A stretch of DNA of 64,000 nt from Opitutales bacterium. GTDB taxonomy: Bacteria; Verrucomicrobiota; Verrucomicrobiia; Opitutales; PNEW01. The stretch is taken from positions 768,001-832,000 of the forward strand of contig CBDANS010000007.1 in NCBI GenBank assembly GCA_965197745.1, in the 5' to 3' direction. The notes below the pieces were generated by a model. The model searched no databases, was not told the DNA's origin, and saw only the letters and a list, made by a program, of their open reading frames with translations. Of the stretch, positions 38,770-48,355 are shown piece after piece (position 1 is the first letter of the stretch; every line of letters begins with the position of its first letter). A program made the position numbers and the translations under genes.

Positions 38770-41049
38770 ATGAAAATCAATGTTGTCGCCCTCTGCCTCA
38801 CTTTGATTTTTGCATTCACTCTCTTTGCCGAAGAACCAATTGAGATTGATATTCCTATATTTGAGGGTGGGTATGGCGTTAAATTTTATCAGGATGTTGC
38901 GCGCACATTTGAGAAAGGACATCCCGGTGTTAAGATCAATCTATACGGCGATCCACGCATGCCGGATCAGGTGCGTATTCGTGTCATAGAAGGTAATTAT
39001 CCTAACGCGACAGCATCAGACCTGTCCTACTATAACTTAATTAAAGCCGGGAAAATTCTTGACCTGGCACCTTACCTGGAAGGACCCAATTGGGAGAATG
39101 ATGCCCGGTGGCGTGATACTTTTCTTCCTGGGGCAATTGAACATTGGCAGGACGGCGAACATGTCTGGGCATTGCCTTTTGCTTATGCCACCAAGCTGAT
39201 TTTGTATAACAAAACTCTGTTCAGAGATAATGATTGGGAAATTCCTCAAACCTGGGATGAGCTTTTCAGCCTTTGCGATCAAGTCCAAGCAGTCAATATT
39301 GCGCCATTCGCATTCCCCGGTGTTTACATGGGCTATGGCGATATGATCTTAAGAGCGGCCTATTACAACTTGGCTGGGCCGGATTTGTATCGACGTTATA
39401 ATCTTCTCGAGATAGGGACACGTTCCGATCCTCAATTCAAAAAAGCCGCGGGGATTCTTCAGAGGCTTTCCACCCAGTATTTCCAGGACGGGTGGGAAGG
39501 GATGAGTCATACCGGTTCCCAGTTACAGTTTTTTCAAGGCAATACCGCGATGATCGCCAACGGCTCATGGATAGTGAGCGAAATGGCAGGAAAAATTCCC
39601 GAGGATTTTGAGCTCGGAGCTTTTAGAATGCCAGTTTTCCCGGAGGGAAAAGGATCTAAGAATGCAGTCGATGCCGGAAGTGATTATTTCTTCCTTTTTA
39701 AAGAGGTGGAAAATAGTGATGTGACCGTTGATTTTTTTCGTTTTCTGACCTCCCGTCGATGGGCGAAAGCCTTCACCGAGAGACAGGATTCCCCCACCGC
39801 GATCATAGGAACACCTCTGGAAAGCTACTCACCTTTGATGCATGATATGGCAAGGATCATTGAGAACTCAACCGATGCCTACGGCTCACCATTGGGCTCA
39901 TCACCCCCATATCCAGGGATGGCTCAAGCAGAAGAAGATGCGCGGGCGATGCTCATGTATAATGAAATTTCTCCAGAAGCATTCGGTGATTTTCTCGAAG
40001 CGGCAGCAGAGAAAGAAAGAATAATCAGAATTAATCCCAAGAAAGTTGTCTATCGTCATACCACGGCTGGATCCCTTCTTATTTTCATTATTGTAGCCGC
40101 TTTAACCTACACAGTTTACAGCCAGCTTAAAGCAAGAAGAAAAATAAAGACGGTCAGTCATTCTCCGGGCAAGTTGAAAGCGCACTATGTGCTTTTATTC
40201 ATAGGACCGGCGATGGTAATGTATCTGGTTTTTTCCATTAAACCATCATTGGAATCTTTTGTCTGGGCCTTTACCCGGTGGGATGGAATTACCGATCGTG
40301 AGTATTTGGGGCTGCTTCATTTCAAACGGCTTTTGTTTGAGAGTGATATATTTTGGAAGGCACTGAAAAATAATTTATTCGTGATGTTTGTTCCGACTCT
40401 CTTCGTCATTCCCATCGCCCTTTTTATTTCTTTTCTTATCAGCCGTAGGGTCTGGGGCAGCAATTTGTTTCGCATCTGTTTTTTCTTTCCGAACATCATG
40501 GGGGGCATCGCCATTACCCTTTTGTGGATGAACGCTTATGATCCCCAGGGGGGACTGGTCAATGGTGCGTTTGTCGGCCTGGGTTTCACGCAGTTTGAGA
40601 ATTATCCCTGGCTCTCACAGGATCATTTATACTGGTCGTTAATACCTATGGCCATCTGGGGCGCCTGTGGGTTCAACATGATTCTTTACCTCGCCGCGAT
40701 GGAAAACGTGGACACCGTTTTATACGATGCAGCGTCGATTGATGGTGCCAGCACCTGGCAGCAGTTTATTTTCATTACCATACCGCAGATCTGGGAAGCG
40801 CTTACTATCTCTGCAGTCTTCATGGTCATCGGCGGCTTAAAAGCGTTTGAAAATATCTGGTTGCTGACGAGCCAACGGCCGACTTCGAACACACATGTCA
40901 TTGGCACCTACATGGTAACCACAATGTTTAAGGAATTTAAGGTAGGTCAGGCGACGGCGATCGCGGTCCTATTATTTGTCTTAGTTTTCTTTGGCGCGAT
41001 GGTTACGATACGATTGATGAAACGGGAAACGGTGGAGGTCTATCAATGA
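38770..41049 (+). CDS. fused carbohydrate ABC transporter solute-binding protein and permease
   Basis: Signal peptide plus SBP family 1 (LYNK.LF...PQTWDEL, F.QG.TAM..NGSW), followed by a permease with EAA loop LYDAASIDGA. Confidence 0.9.
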   Translation: MKINVVALCLTLIFAFTLFAEEPIEIDIPIFEGGYGVKFYQDVARTFEKGHPGVKINLYGDPRMPDQVRIRVIEGNYPNATASDLSYYNLIKAGKILDLAPYLEGPNWENDARWRDTFLPGAIEHWQDGEHVWALPFAYATKLILYNKTLFRDNDWEIPQTWDELFSLCDQVQAVNIAPFAFPGVYMGYGDMILRAAYYNLAGPDLYRRYNLLEIGTRSDPQFKKAAGILQRLSTQYFQDGWEGMSHTGSQLQFFQGNTAMIANGSWIVSEMAGKIPEDFELGAFRMPVFPEGKGSKNAVDAGSDYFFLFKEVENSDVTVDFFRFLTSRRWAKAFTERQDSPTAIIGTPLESYSPLMHDMARIIENSTDAYGSPLGSSPPYPGMAQAEEDARAMLMYNEISPEAFGDFLEAAAEKERIIRINPKKVVYRHTTAGSLLIFIIVAALTYTVYSQLKARRKIKTVSHSPGKLKAHYVLLFIGPAMVMYLVFSIKPSLESFVWAFTRWDGITDREYLGLLHFKRLLFESDIFWKALKNNLFVMFVPTLFVIPIALFISFLISRRVWGSNLFRICFFFPNIMGGIAITLLWMNAYDPQGGLVNGAFVGLGFTQFENYPWLSQDHLYWSLIPMAIWGACGFNMILYLAAMENVDTVLYDAASIDGASTWQQFIFITIPQIWEALTISAVFMVIGGLKAFENIWLLTSQRPTSNTHVIGTYMVTTMFKEFKVGQATAIAVLLFVLVFFGAMVTIRLMKRETVEVYQ

Positions 41050-41918
41050 AAAACAAACCCGGCCGAAAGCAAATCATTGAACCTATCGTGAAGATGCTGA
41101 TTTTTAGTGTACTCCTGAGCTATCTTATAGTTGTTGTTTACCCTTTAATTTGGATGAACTATACCGCTTTGAAAACGGACCAGGAAATATTCCTGGAACC
41201 TTTTGCTCTTCCTGATTTTGAAAATCTGCAATGGGAAAATTTTGAGCGTGCCTGGGTAGGGGCACACTTCTCGAAGTATTTTCTCAATAGTGCGCTCGTA
41301 ACGGCGTGCGCGCTTACTCTCTGCCTCATCCTGGCATCGATGGCAGCCTATGCCCTGAGCCGATTTCGATTTCCGGGGGGCACATTACTGTTTTATCTCT
41401 TTCTCTCCGGTCTCATGATTCCCGTGCAGTTGTCGATCATCCCGCTCTTTTTTCAAATGCGCGACTGGGGATTGCTTAATTCGCGTGTGGGCCTGACCCT
41501 TGTCTATATTGCCGGTGGACTGCCCTTTGCCATCTTTATCCTCGCCGGGTTTTTTAAAACGTTACCCCGATCGCTCCACGAAGCCGCGCAAATTGATGGT
41601 TGTAGTGAATGGCGAATTTTCTGGAGCATTATGTTGCCACTCGCCCGCCCGGGGCTTGTAACCGTGGCTATTTTTACCTTTCTCTCGTTCTGGAATGAGT
41701 ACTTCACTGCTTACATGTTCTTATCGGGTGAAGGCAGTGAAAATATTCGAACGCTGCCCCTTGGTCTGGCGAATATTGCGATTACTTCACAATATCGCAG
41801 CGATTGGGGCGTCTGTTTCGCGGGACTTGTCTTAGTGCTCATCCCCACGCTGATCTTTTATATATTACTCCAACGCCAGATCGTTAAAGGTGTTGCCGCC
41901 GGCGCCCTTAAAGGGTGA
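41046..41918 (+). CDS. carbohydrate ABC transporter permease
   Basis: YFLNS, AAYALSR, LHEAAQIDG and WNEY motifs. Confidence 0.94.
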   Translation: MKNKPGRKQIIEPIVKMLIFSVLLSYLIVVVYPLIWMNYTALKTDQEIFLEPFALPDFENLQWENFERAWVGAHFSKYFLNSALVTACALTLCLILASMAAYALSRFRFPGGTLLFYLFLSGLMIPVQLSIIPLFFQMRDWGLLNSRVGLTLVYIAGGLPFAIFILAGFFKTLPRSLHEAAQIDGCSEWRIFWSIMLPLARPGLVTVAIFTFLSFWNEYFTAYMFLSGEGSENIRTLPLGLANIAITSQYRSDWGVCFAGLVLVLIPTLIFYILLQRQIVKGVAAGALKG

Positions 41919-41987
41919 TTATTTAATAATCAGATGATGAAATATACCCGGGATAATAAAACACGTTCATGTCATTTAAGATAAAAA

Positions 41988-43262
41988 ATGTGGAATAAAA
42001 TGAAAATAAAACATGCAACACGAGTAGCTTTAAATATTCCGTTTTACACTGCTCGTGTTACAAGGGCGATGAACCGGGCTCAATCCCACAGTCAACGGTA
42101 TTATGTTTACCAGATTGAGCTTGATAATGGAGTCGTTGGGTACGGCGATTGTATAGAAGTATACGACGTCGATCAATTGAAAGGCCATAACCCATTTACC
42201 CTTATGTATGATGACCGTATCGGTTTTGGTCCCCAAGTGGCAATTATGGATGCAATCGGTAAATCCGTTGGCGCACCGGTATATGCCCTGCTCGGGAGAA
42301 AAGTTCGCAATCGATGCCCGATATCCTGGTGGGACATTGACATGCCGCCGGAAGACTGGGCGGCGGAAGCAAAAGAATCCGTTAAACGGGGCTATACTTC
42401 TTTCAAGATGAAAACCAGGCCCTGGCGCGATATATTTCAACAGGTGGATGCAGTGGGAAAAGTCGTTCCCGCAGATTATAAATTCGATGTGGACTTTAAT
42501 GGATTTCTCTTGAATCAGGCCAAAGCTGAGGTTGTTCTTCAGCAGCTTGAGGAGCACCCCAATGTGGGGATTTTCGAAAGCCCCTTTTATTTACAACTTG
42601 ATATACCCGGAGCAAGGAAGTTATGCGAACGTATTCGAAAACCAATAGTCGAGCATTACAATGACGCCTGCCTTCGCGCCAATGCCTGCGATGGGTTTGT
42701 TATTGGCGCAGGCATAAAAGAGACACTTCGCCACGCGACCTTAGCCGGAACCTTCAACAAACCATTCTGGTTGCAAATGGTTGGAACCGGAATTACAACT
42801 GCCTTCGCCATGCATCTGGGTTCAGTCCTTTCTCATGCCCGTTTACCTTATATTACTTGCCATGAACTTTGGGAGCACGACCTCCTCTCTGAGCGATTTA
42901 AAGTAGTTGATGGATATATTGAAGTACCGAATGCACCGGGGCTTGGAATAGAAGTGGATGAGAAAGCCCTCGCAAAGTATACCGTCAAGCTGAATGATCC
43001 CACCCCTAAGGAACTTTATCGCAGAAAGAAAAGAATACTTCGTATTAACTGGCCCGGGGAAGGAAAGAAAAAACGCGTGTGGGAATTTACCGACGAATTC
43101 GTCTACCAGAGGGAGTATTACCAGGGGAATATACCGGGTTTTGAGCGCGGTGTCTCCCTGAAAGTTATTGAAAATGACGGCAGTTCTGCTTTCAAAAAAC
43201 GGCATAAACAGTTATTAGAAAATGAGCGTCTCATTGATTTGCAATTTCTTGATCACACTTAA
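41988..43262 (+). CDS. mandelate racemase/muconate lactonizing enzyme family (enolase superfamily)
   Basis: DAIGK..GAPVYALLG, FKMK, DVDFN, FESP and PGLGIEVDE motifs. Confidence 0.85.
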   Translation: MWNKMKIKHATRVALNIPFYTARVTRAMNRAQSHSQRYYVYQIELDNGVVGYGDCIEVYDVDQLKGHNPFTLMYDDRIGFGPQVAIMDAIGKSVGAPVYALLGRKVRNRCPISWWDIDMPPEDWAAEAKESVKRGYTSFKMKTRPWRDIFQQVDAVGKVVPADYKFDVDFNGFLLNQAKAEVVLQQLEEHPNVGIFESPFYLQLDIPGARKLCERIRKPIVEHYNDACLRANACDGFVIGAGIKETLRHATLAGTFNKPFWLQMVGTGITTAFAMHLGSVLSHARLPYITCHELWEHDLLSERFKVVDGYIEVPNAPGLGIEVDEKALAKYTVKLNDPTPKELYRRKKRILRINWPGEGKKKRVWEFTDEFVYQREYYQGNIPGFERGVSLKVIENDGSSAFKKRHKQLLENERLIDLQFLDHT

Positions 43263-43294
43263 TCCAATAACCCTCATAATCCTGAAAGGAAACG

Positions 43295-44017
43295 ATGTCA
43301 GCAGCAGAAAATAACCAAGTCCTTTTGACTAAACACACACGAAGAGAGTTCCGGGAGCGGATGCAGGGAGGGGAACTGAAAGCGTGTATCATCCCCGTTG
43401 CCGCTACCGAGCAACATCTGGAACATTTATCAATGGAGCATGATTGGCGGAGCGTTATGCATATTTCTGTCGAAGTCGCCAAGCGTCTCCATCCGCAAGT
43501 ATTGGTTGCCCCCTCAATGAGTATTGGGATCAGCGAACATCACATGCGGCATATCGGAACCTTGACCGCTTTACCGGGTAGTTGGCTGGGGGTGTTATTC
43601 GATACCATACGCAGCATGCACGATGCCGGTTTTACCAATATCCTCGTGCTTAATGGCCATGGTGGCAATGTCGCGCCTTGCCTTGGTATGTGGGGGCAGT
43701 TCCAACAACGTCTAGAAATTAACTTACACTTTTTCCCTTATTGGGACTTCCTCTCAAAGGACGTCGCCGAAGCGAATCTTAAGACTAAGCGCTACCCGGG
43801 ACATGCCCAGGAATTCGAGACCGCTTTTGCCTTGGCCGTATTTCCCGAAAATGTTCGCCAAGACGCGATGAAGGATCAGGAGGATAAAGAGCCGCTGGAA
43901 GCAACCGCAGAAGCAGGTGTTGCTATGATAGATTCGATAGTGGATAATACTGCAAAATTTGTCGCCGGTATGATTGATGGCACTAACGTGGCCGAGATCC
44001 CCGAGTTTCATCCTTAA
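43295..44017 (+). CDS. creatininase family amidohydrolase
   Basis: ATEQH..HL...D, SEHH, NGHGGN and HA.EFET motifs. Confidence 0.9.
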   Translation: MSAAENNQVLLTKHTRREFRERMQGGELKACIIPVAATEQHLEHLSMEHDWRSVMHISVEVAKRLHPQVLVAPSMSIGISEHHMRHIGTLTALPGSWLGVLFDTIRSMHDAGFTNILVLNGHGGNVAPCLGMWGQFQQRLEINLHFFPYWDFLSKDVAEANLKTKRYPGHAQEFETAFALAVFPENVRQDAMKDQEDKEPLEATAEAGVAMIDSIVDNTAKFVAGMIDGTNVAEIPEFHP

Positions 44018-44037
44018 TTCAGTCAGGAGATATCACA

Positions 44038-45303
44038 ATGAACGCAAATCTAAAAATTACTGATGTTGAACGCATCGTTGTCGCTGTTCCATTTACCCCG
44101 CGTTGTGATAAATGGAATTCCCGTGAAGTCTATCAGTGGCGTGTCAGTGAAATCATTCGTTTAACTACAGACACCCCTGATATTGTCGGTTTCGGTGAAA
44201 CCATTATACATTATACTTGGGGCCGTGTTCCCGATGAGGCCATAGAGCGGGTGAAAGGTGGCAATCCCGCTGATTTTCTTGGTGATGATTCCCTCGGAGC
44301 AGGTTTGCAAATGGCAATGTATGATGTCGTGGGTAAAGCGCTGGGTGTTCCCGCCTACCGGCTTTTCAACTTACCCCGCGTCCGCGAATGGTGCCCGATA
44401 TCATGGTGGAATATCGATTTTCCCCCAGAAGAATTTGCGGCCGAAGCAAAAGAAGCCATTGAAAACGGCTATACTTCATACAAGATTAAGGCTCGCCCCT
44501 GGTGGGATATTTTTGAGCAGGTGAAGGCGATCAGTAAAGTAACGCCAGCGTATTTTGAACTCGATCTCGATTGGAACCAGATGCTGCTGAATGCCGGCAA
44601 CGCCACACCTGTTTTGACTGAACTGGACGAATATGAACGCATTTCCATATATGAGTCTCCCATCATGCAGCGTGATATCGAAGGGCATCATCAACTGCGT
44701 CAGAAAATAAATCACCCGATCGCGCTTCACTTTTATAATCCGCCATTCCCCAGCGTGGTTCGAGATGAGGTGTGCGATGGGTTCGTCATTGGTGGTGGGG
44801 TAGAAAGTGTGCTGCGACAAGGTCAGCTGAGCGCGGCATTTGACAAGCCATTCTGGCTTCAGATGGTGGGGACAGGATTGACAACGACTTTGTCATTGCA
44901 TCTCGGAGCTGTTCTGTCCTTTGCTCAATGGCCGGCCGTGAATTGTCTGAATAATTACGCCGACGACCTTCTTGTTGAACCATTGACGATACAAGGAGGT
45001 TACGCGCTTGTGCCGGATGGTCCGGGATTGGGAATCGAAGTAGATGAAGAAGCGCTTACCCGATATAAGATGGAGCCACCTTTTGTCCTTCAAGTGCCGC
45101 GACAAATCCTATCGGTAATCTGGCGCAATGGTCATGTTCGCCATTATACGGACATGCAGCAATGCAGGAATGACGCCCTTAGTGGCAATGTTCCTGCCCA
45201 GGAGCGCGGGGTGACAATGGACGTAAAACCCGATGATGGTTCAAAAGAATGGGCGGACCTCTACGCGAGGACTGAACTCGGCCCCGTTATTGACCAACTG
45301 TAA
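44038..45303 (+). CDS. mandelate racemase/muconate lactonizing enzyme family, paralog
   Basis: YKIK, DLDWN, YESP and PGLGIEVDE motifs; colinear with 41988-43262. Confidence 0.85.
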   Translation: MNANLKITDVERIVVAVPFTPRCDKWNSREVYQWRVSEIIRLTTDTPDIVGFGETIIHYTWGRVPDEAIERVKGGNPADFLGDDSLGAGLQMAMYDVVGKALGVPAYRLFNLPRVREWCPISWWNIDFPPEEFAAEAKEAIENGYTSYKIKARPWWDIFEQVKAISKVTPAYFELDLDWNQMLLNAGNATPVLTELDEYERISIYESPIMQRDIEGHHQLRQKINHPIALHFYNPPFPSVVRDEVCDGFVIGGGVESVLRQGQLSAAFDKPFWLQMVGTGLTTTLSLHLGAVLSFAQWPAVNCLNNYADDLLVEPLTIQGGYALVPDGPGLGIEVDEEALTRYKMEPPFVLQVPRQILSVIWRNGHVRHYTDMQQCRNDALSGNVPAQERGVTMDVKPDDGSKEWADLYARTELGPVIDQL

Positions 45304-45317
45304 TAAGGAGTTAAGCC

Positions 45318-45971
45318 ATGATTGATCTATCAAAGTACCGCATTATTGATTTATCGCACGAATTGTATCCCAGTGAACAGAAGACAGATGGGCATCATCG
45401 ACACGGCAAACCTATCAATGGGCGACCGGTTGAGCTCTCCGAGTTTTTTCATTCAGATGACAATGCACGTATGCATTTTATCCGGAGTCAGACCCACAAT
45501 GGGACCCATGTAGAAGCCAGCTATAAATTTTCGGAGACCGGTGCGGATCTGGCTTCTATGCCGATTGAGACTTACATGGGAGAAGCTGTGGCCTGTAACT
45601 TTATGCAAAAGGCGGGCCAACCCATTACCCCGGACGATTTTCAAAATGCTGGGGTAAAGCAAAATGACATTGTCCTCGCCTGGAGTAGCCCAGACGGGGC
45701 CTATCTGACATTTGAATCTGTTGACTGGCTGGTGGTAACAGGTATTAAAGCATTGGGATTAGAGAACATTTCTCTGGCTCCACCGGGGACCCCATTAGAC
45801 CAGGCTCCGACCCCGGATGCCAAGTTGCTGCTCGCCGGAATTGGGTTTATCGACAATGGAAGAGGATTTGATCAGATTAGCAAAGCTCGGGTTTTCTTTA
45901 TTGGTCTGCCTGTCAGGATGCGACGCGCAACCGCATTCTGGACAAGAGCTATAGTGCTCGAAGAGATATGA
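45318..45971 (+). CDS. cyclase family protein (kynurenine formamidase-like)
   Basis: IIDLSH, HNGTHVEA and RAI motifs. Confidence 0.82.
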   Translation: MIDLSKYRIIDLSHELYPSEQKTDGHHRHGKPINGRPVELSEFFHSDDNARMHFIRSQTHNGTHVEASYKFSETGADLASMPIETYMGEAVACNFMQKAGQPITPDDFQNAGVKQNDIVLAWSSPDGAYLTFESVDWLVVTGIKALGLENISLAPPGTPLDQAPTPDAKLLLAGIGFIDNGRGFDQISKARVFFIGLPVRMRRATAFWTRAIVLEEI

Positions 45972-45972
45972 A

Positions 45973-46103
45973 TGATGCGGGATACAGGATGCAGGATACA
46001 GGATGCAAAGAAAGATAACAGTTCCTATATTACCACTTAAACACATTTTCACTTTATCTCATTCATGCATTTCCTTTTGACCTTCGACCTTTGACTTTCG
46101 ACT
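45973..46103. repeat. array element (GATRCAG, 8-mer, family-A right arm)
   Basis: gatgcgg gatacag gatgcag gatacag gatgcaa ... ttttgaccttcgacctttgactttcgac. Confidence 0.75.
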
Positions 46104-46113
46104 CTGCACATCC

Positions 46114-46578
46114 ATGCATCTTTACCTGGTCCAACACGGCGAAGCAAAATCGAAAGACGTAGATCCTGATCGTGGACTTACCGATGAGGGCTTTCTCAAT
46201 GTTGAAAAAGCAGCTGCCACCGTAAAATTGATGGGCCTCAGTATCGACAGTATTTGGCATAGTGGTAAGACTCGAGCGAGGGAGACAGCTGAAATTTTTC
46301 ATTCATCGATAGTTGCACCGTGCGAACTGTTTCAGCGAGACGGGTTATCCCCTAATGATCCTGTAGAAGCAATAACACAGGTGATCGCAGCAGGGGGTAT
46401 TGACGTTATGATCGTAGGTCATTTGCCCTTTCTCAATAAAACTGTCTCATTACTCGTAGCCGGTAATGAAAATGCAGATATTATTACCTTTCAAAACGGC
46501 GGAGTACTCTGTCTGGAATGCGATGAAACTGATCACTGGTCAGTTTCCTGGATGATTGTCCCGGAGATTTTGAAATAG
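46114..46578 (+). CDS. sixA: phosphohistidine phosphatase SixA
   Basis: LYLVQHGEA, R.LT..G, HS.K.RA.ETA and VMIVGHLP motifs. Confidence 0.88.
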   Translation: MHLYLVQHGEAKSKDVDPDRGLTDEGFLNVEKAAATVKLMGLSIDSIWHSGKTRARETAEIFHSSIVAPCELFQRDGLSPNDPVEAITQVIAAGGIDVMIVGHLPFLNKTVSLLVAGNENADIITFQNGGVLCLECDETDHWSVSWMIVPEILK

Positions 46579-46635
46579 AAAAAGTCGAATCTCGAATTTC
46601 CATATCTTCATCTTGACTTTTGACTTTCGACTTAT

Positions 46636-47457
46636 ATGCAATACGGAATAAGCACCCTGGTTATACAAGATGAAGGACTGGAATCAGGCCTTGAAAGAAT
46701 AAAAAGAACAGGCTTTAACGAAATAGAGTTGTTATTGGACCCTCCGCATTTCGGGCCTGATGACAAATCGACTGAGGCGGTTCATGCGCTTATGAATCGC
46801 ATAGGTCTTTTAATGCGAGTCGGTCATAGCCCGATTACTGATATCGATCTGGCATCTTTCGATAAGGAAAAAAGAAAATTATCAATCAAAAGAATTGCTG
46901 GATCGTTTACTATTTTTAAGGAGCTGGGAGCTGAATCGGTCGTCGTTCATGTCAATGGTCCCGCCTCTGATTACACTCAAGAGAATCTGAGTAGGAGTGT
47001 AGGCAATTCAAAACAATCAATCCTTGAGTTGGCTGATTGCGCTGCTGAGGTGGGTATAAAAATGGCTTTGGAGAATCTGCCACATCGTGGCACTTTGCGG
47101 CCCTTTCATTCGATGGAAGAACTGCAATCATTGATATTGGATATGCCGCGGGAACATGTGGGCTTATGTCTCGACACCACGCATGCCAGGTTCGCCGGAC
47201 ACGATCCACTTCAGCAATTAAATGTGGCGGCGGATAGATTGTTCACATTACATTTGCATGATACTGATGGAGAAGGCGATCGACACTGGGTGCCGGGGAG
47301 GGGTATCATTGACTGGGACACCTTTATTGCAAGATTGTCAGAATTGAATTTTAACGGTTCAAGGACCATTGAAGTGCAATTCTTTCCAGAGACAAACGTA
47401 TGTGAAATTGAGGAGAGTTTTAATATCGCCAGTCAGTGGGAGTCACGCTACAAATGA
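46636..47457 (+). CDS. sugar phosphate isomerase/epimerase (xylose-isomerase-like TIM barrel)
   Basis: ALENL, LCLDTTH, LHLHD, H.VPG.G.IDW and IE motifs. Confidence 0.88.
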   Translation: MQYGISTLVIQDEGLESGLERIKRTGFNEIELLLDPPHFGPDDKSTEAVHALMNRIGLLMRVGHSPITDIDLASFDKEKRKLSIKRIAGSFTIFKELGAESVVVHVNGPASDYTQENLSRSVGNSKQSILELADCAAEVGIKMALENLPHRGTLRPFHSMEELQSLILDMPREHVGLCLDTTHARFAGHDPLQQLNVAADRLFTLHLHDTDGEGDRHWVPGRGIIDWDTFIARLSELNFNGSRTIEVQFFPETNVCEIEESFNIASQWESRYK

Positions 47458-47467
47458 GATTATATAA

Positions 47468-47890
47468 ATGGAAAATGAAAAAAAATATTTAAAAGTATTC
47501 ATTGCGGGATTAGCGTTTCCCGCAACGATTCTTCCCTTTATTTATTCACTATTATTTTTATCGGGGCATAGCGCAGTAATAAATATACCAGTACAGTTCA
47601 TCCCCCATTATTTACCCATTATTTTTGGTCTGTGGAATATGCTTTATTTTGCGATTGGAGAAAAGTACCCGATAAAAAATAAAAGTATGCGTTTATGGGT
47701 GTGGGGGGCTCTGCTCGGTCTCATCGCCGCATTGATCGGGGTATTTATTATTAGCCTGCCCGAATTACTCTATGGTTTAAAAGGTCCATTACAATACCTG
47801 CCTCTCATTGTCGTTCCCATTTTTTATGGTTTGATCTGGAGATATGTTGTTGGCTCATTAAATGATCTGCTCGGTTTAGAGGAATGGTAA
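47468..47890 (+). CDS. hypothetical membrane protein (4 TM)
   Basis: Hydrophobic 140-aa ORF in operon position. Confidence 0.7.
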   Translation: MENEKKYLKVFIAGLAFPATILPFIYSLLFLSGHSAVINIPVQFIPHYLPIIFGLWNMLYFAIGEKYPIKNKSMRLWVWGALLGLIAALIGVFIISLPELLYGLKGPLQYLPLIVVPIFYGLIWRYVVGSLNDLLGLEEW

Positions 47891-48014
47891 TAAGTTGGAT
47901 TATTATTCTCTTCGGTTTCTTTGACAGCGTAAGTATCTAAAAAGAGCGAAAGTGAAAACTTACACTTATTATTTGCCAGGGAGATAAATCTGAGACTATA
48001 GCTCAATCTTCCTA

Positions 48015-48345
48015 ACGGCCACGACGACGCGTAGCCCTCCAGAATGAGAACAAATGGGAGGGCCTCGCGTTGTCGTGGCCGTGGTTTAAATATTTAAAAC
48101 AAGAGAATGAATAATTAATTATTACAGAAAGAGGATAGTTTGGAGGGATGCGTATAGCCTGTCGCCCATAGTCCCGCGGATGCGGGACGACGGCTGGTCG
48201 TGTCCGCTTAGGTGCATGAATTTACTGCAGGTAGCTAATTACTGGATAAAAATTATACTCATTGTCCTTTCATTTTGTGCTTCTTGTGCCTCTTGTGGCT
48301 ATCTTAATCGAGGATGAAGACGAAGAGGCAGACGAAGACGAAGAT
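48015..48345. repeat. REP-containing composite repeat
   Basis: Inverted REP pair (48015, 48056), REP with micro-insert (48142-48208), ttttgtgcttcttgtgcctcttgtggct 10-mers and gacgaa hexamers; related to 55742-55960 and 58868-59250. Confidence 0.8.
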
Positions 48346-48355
48346 AAATAGAATA

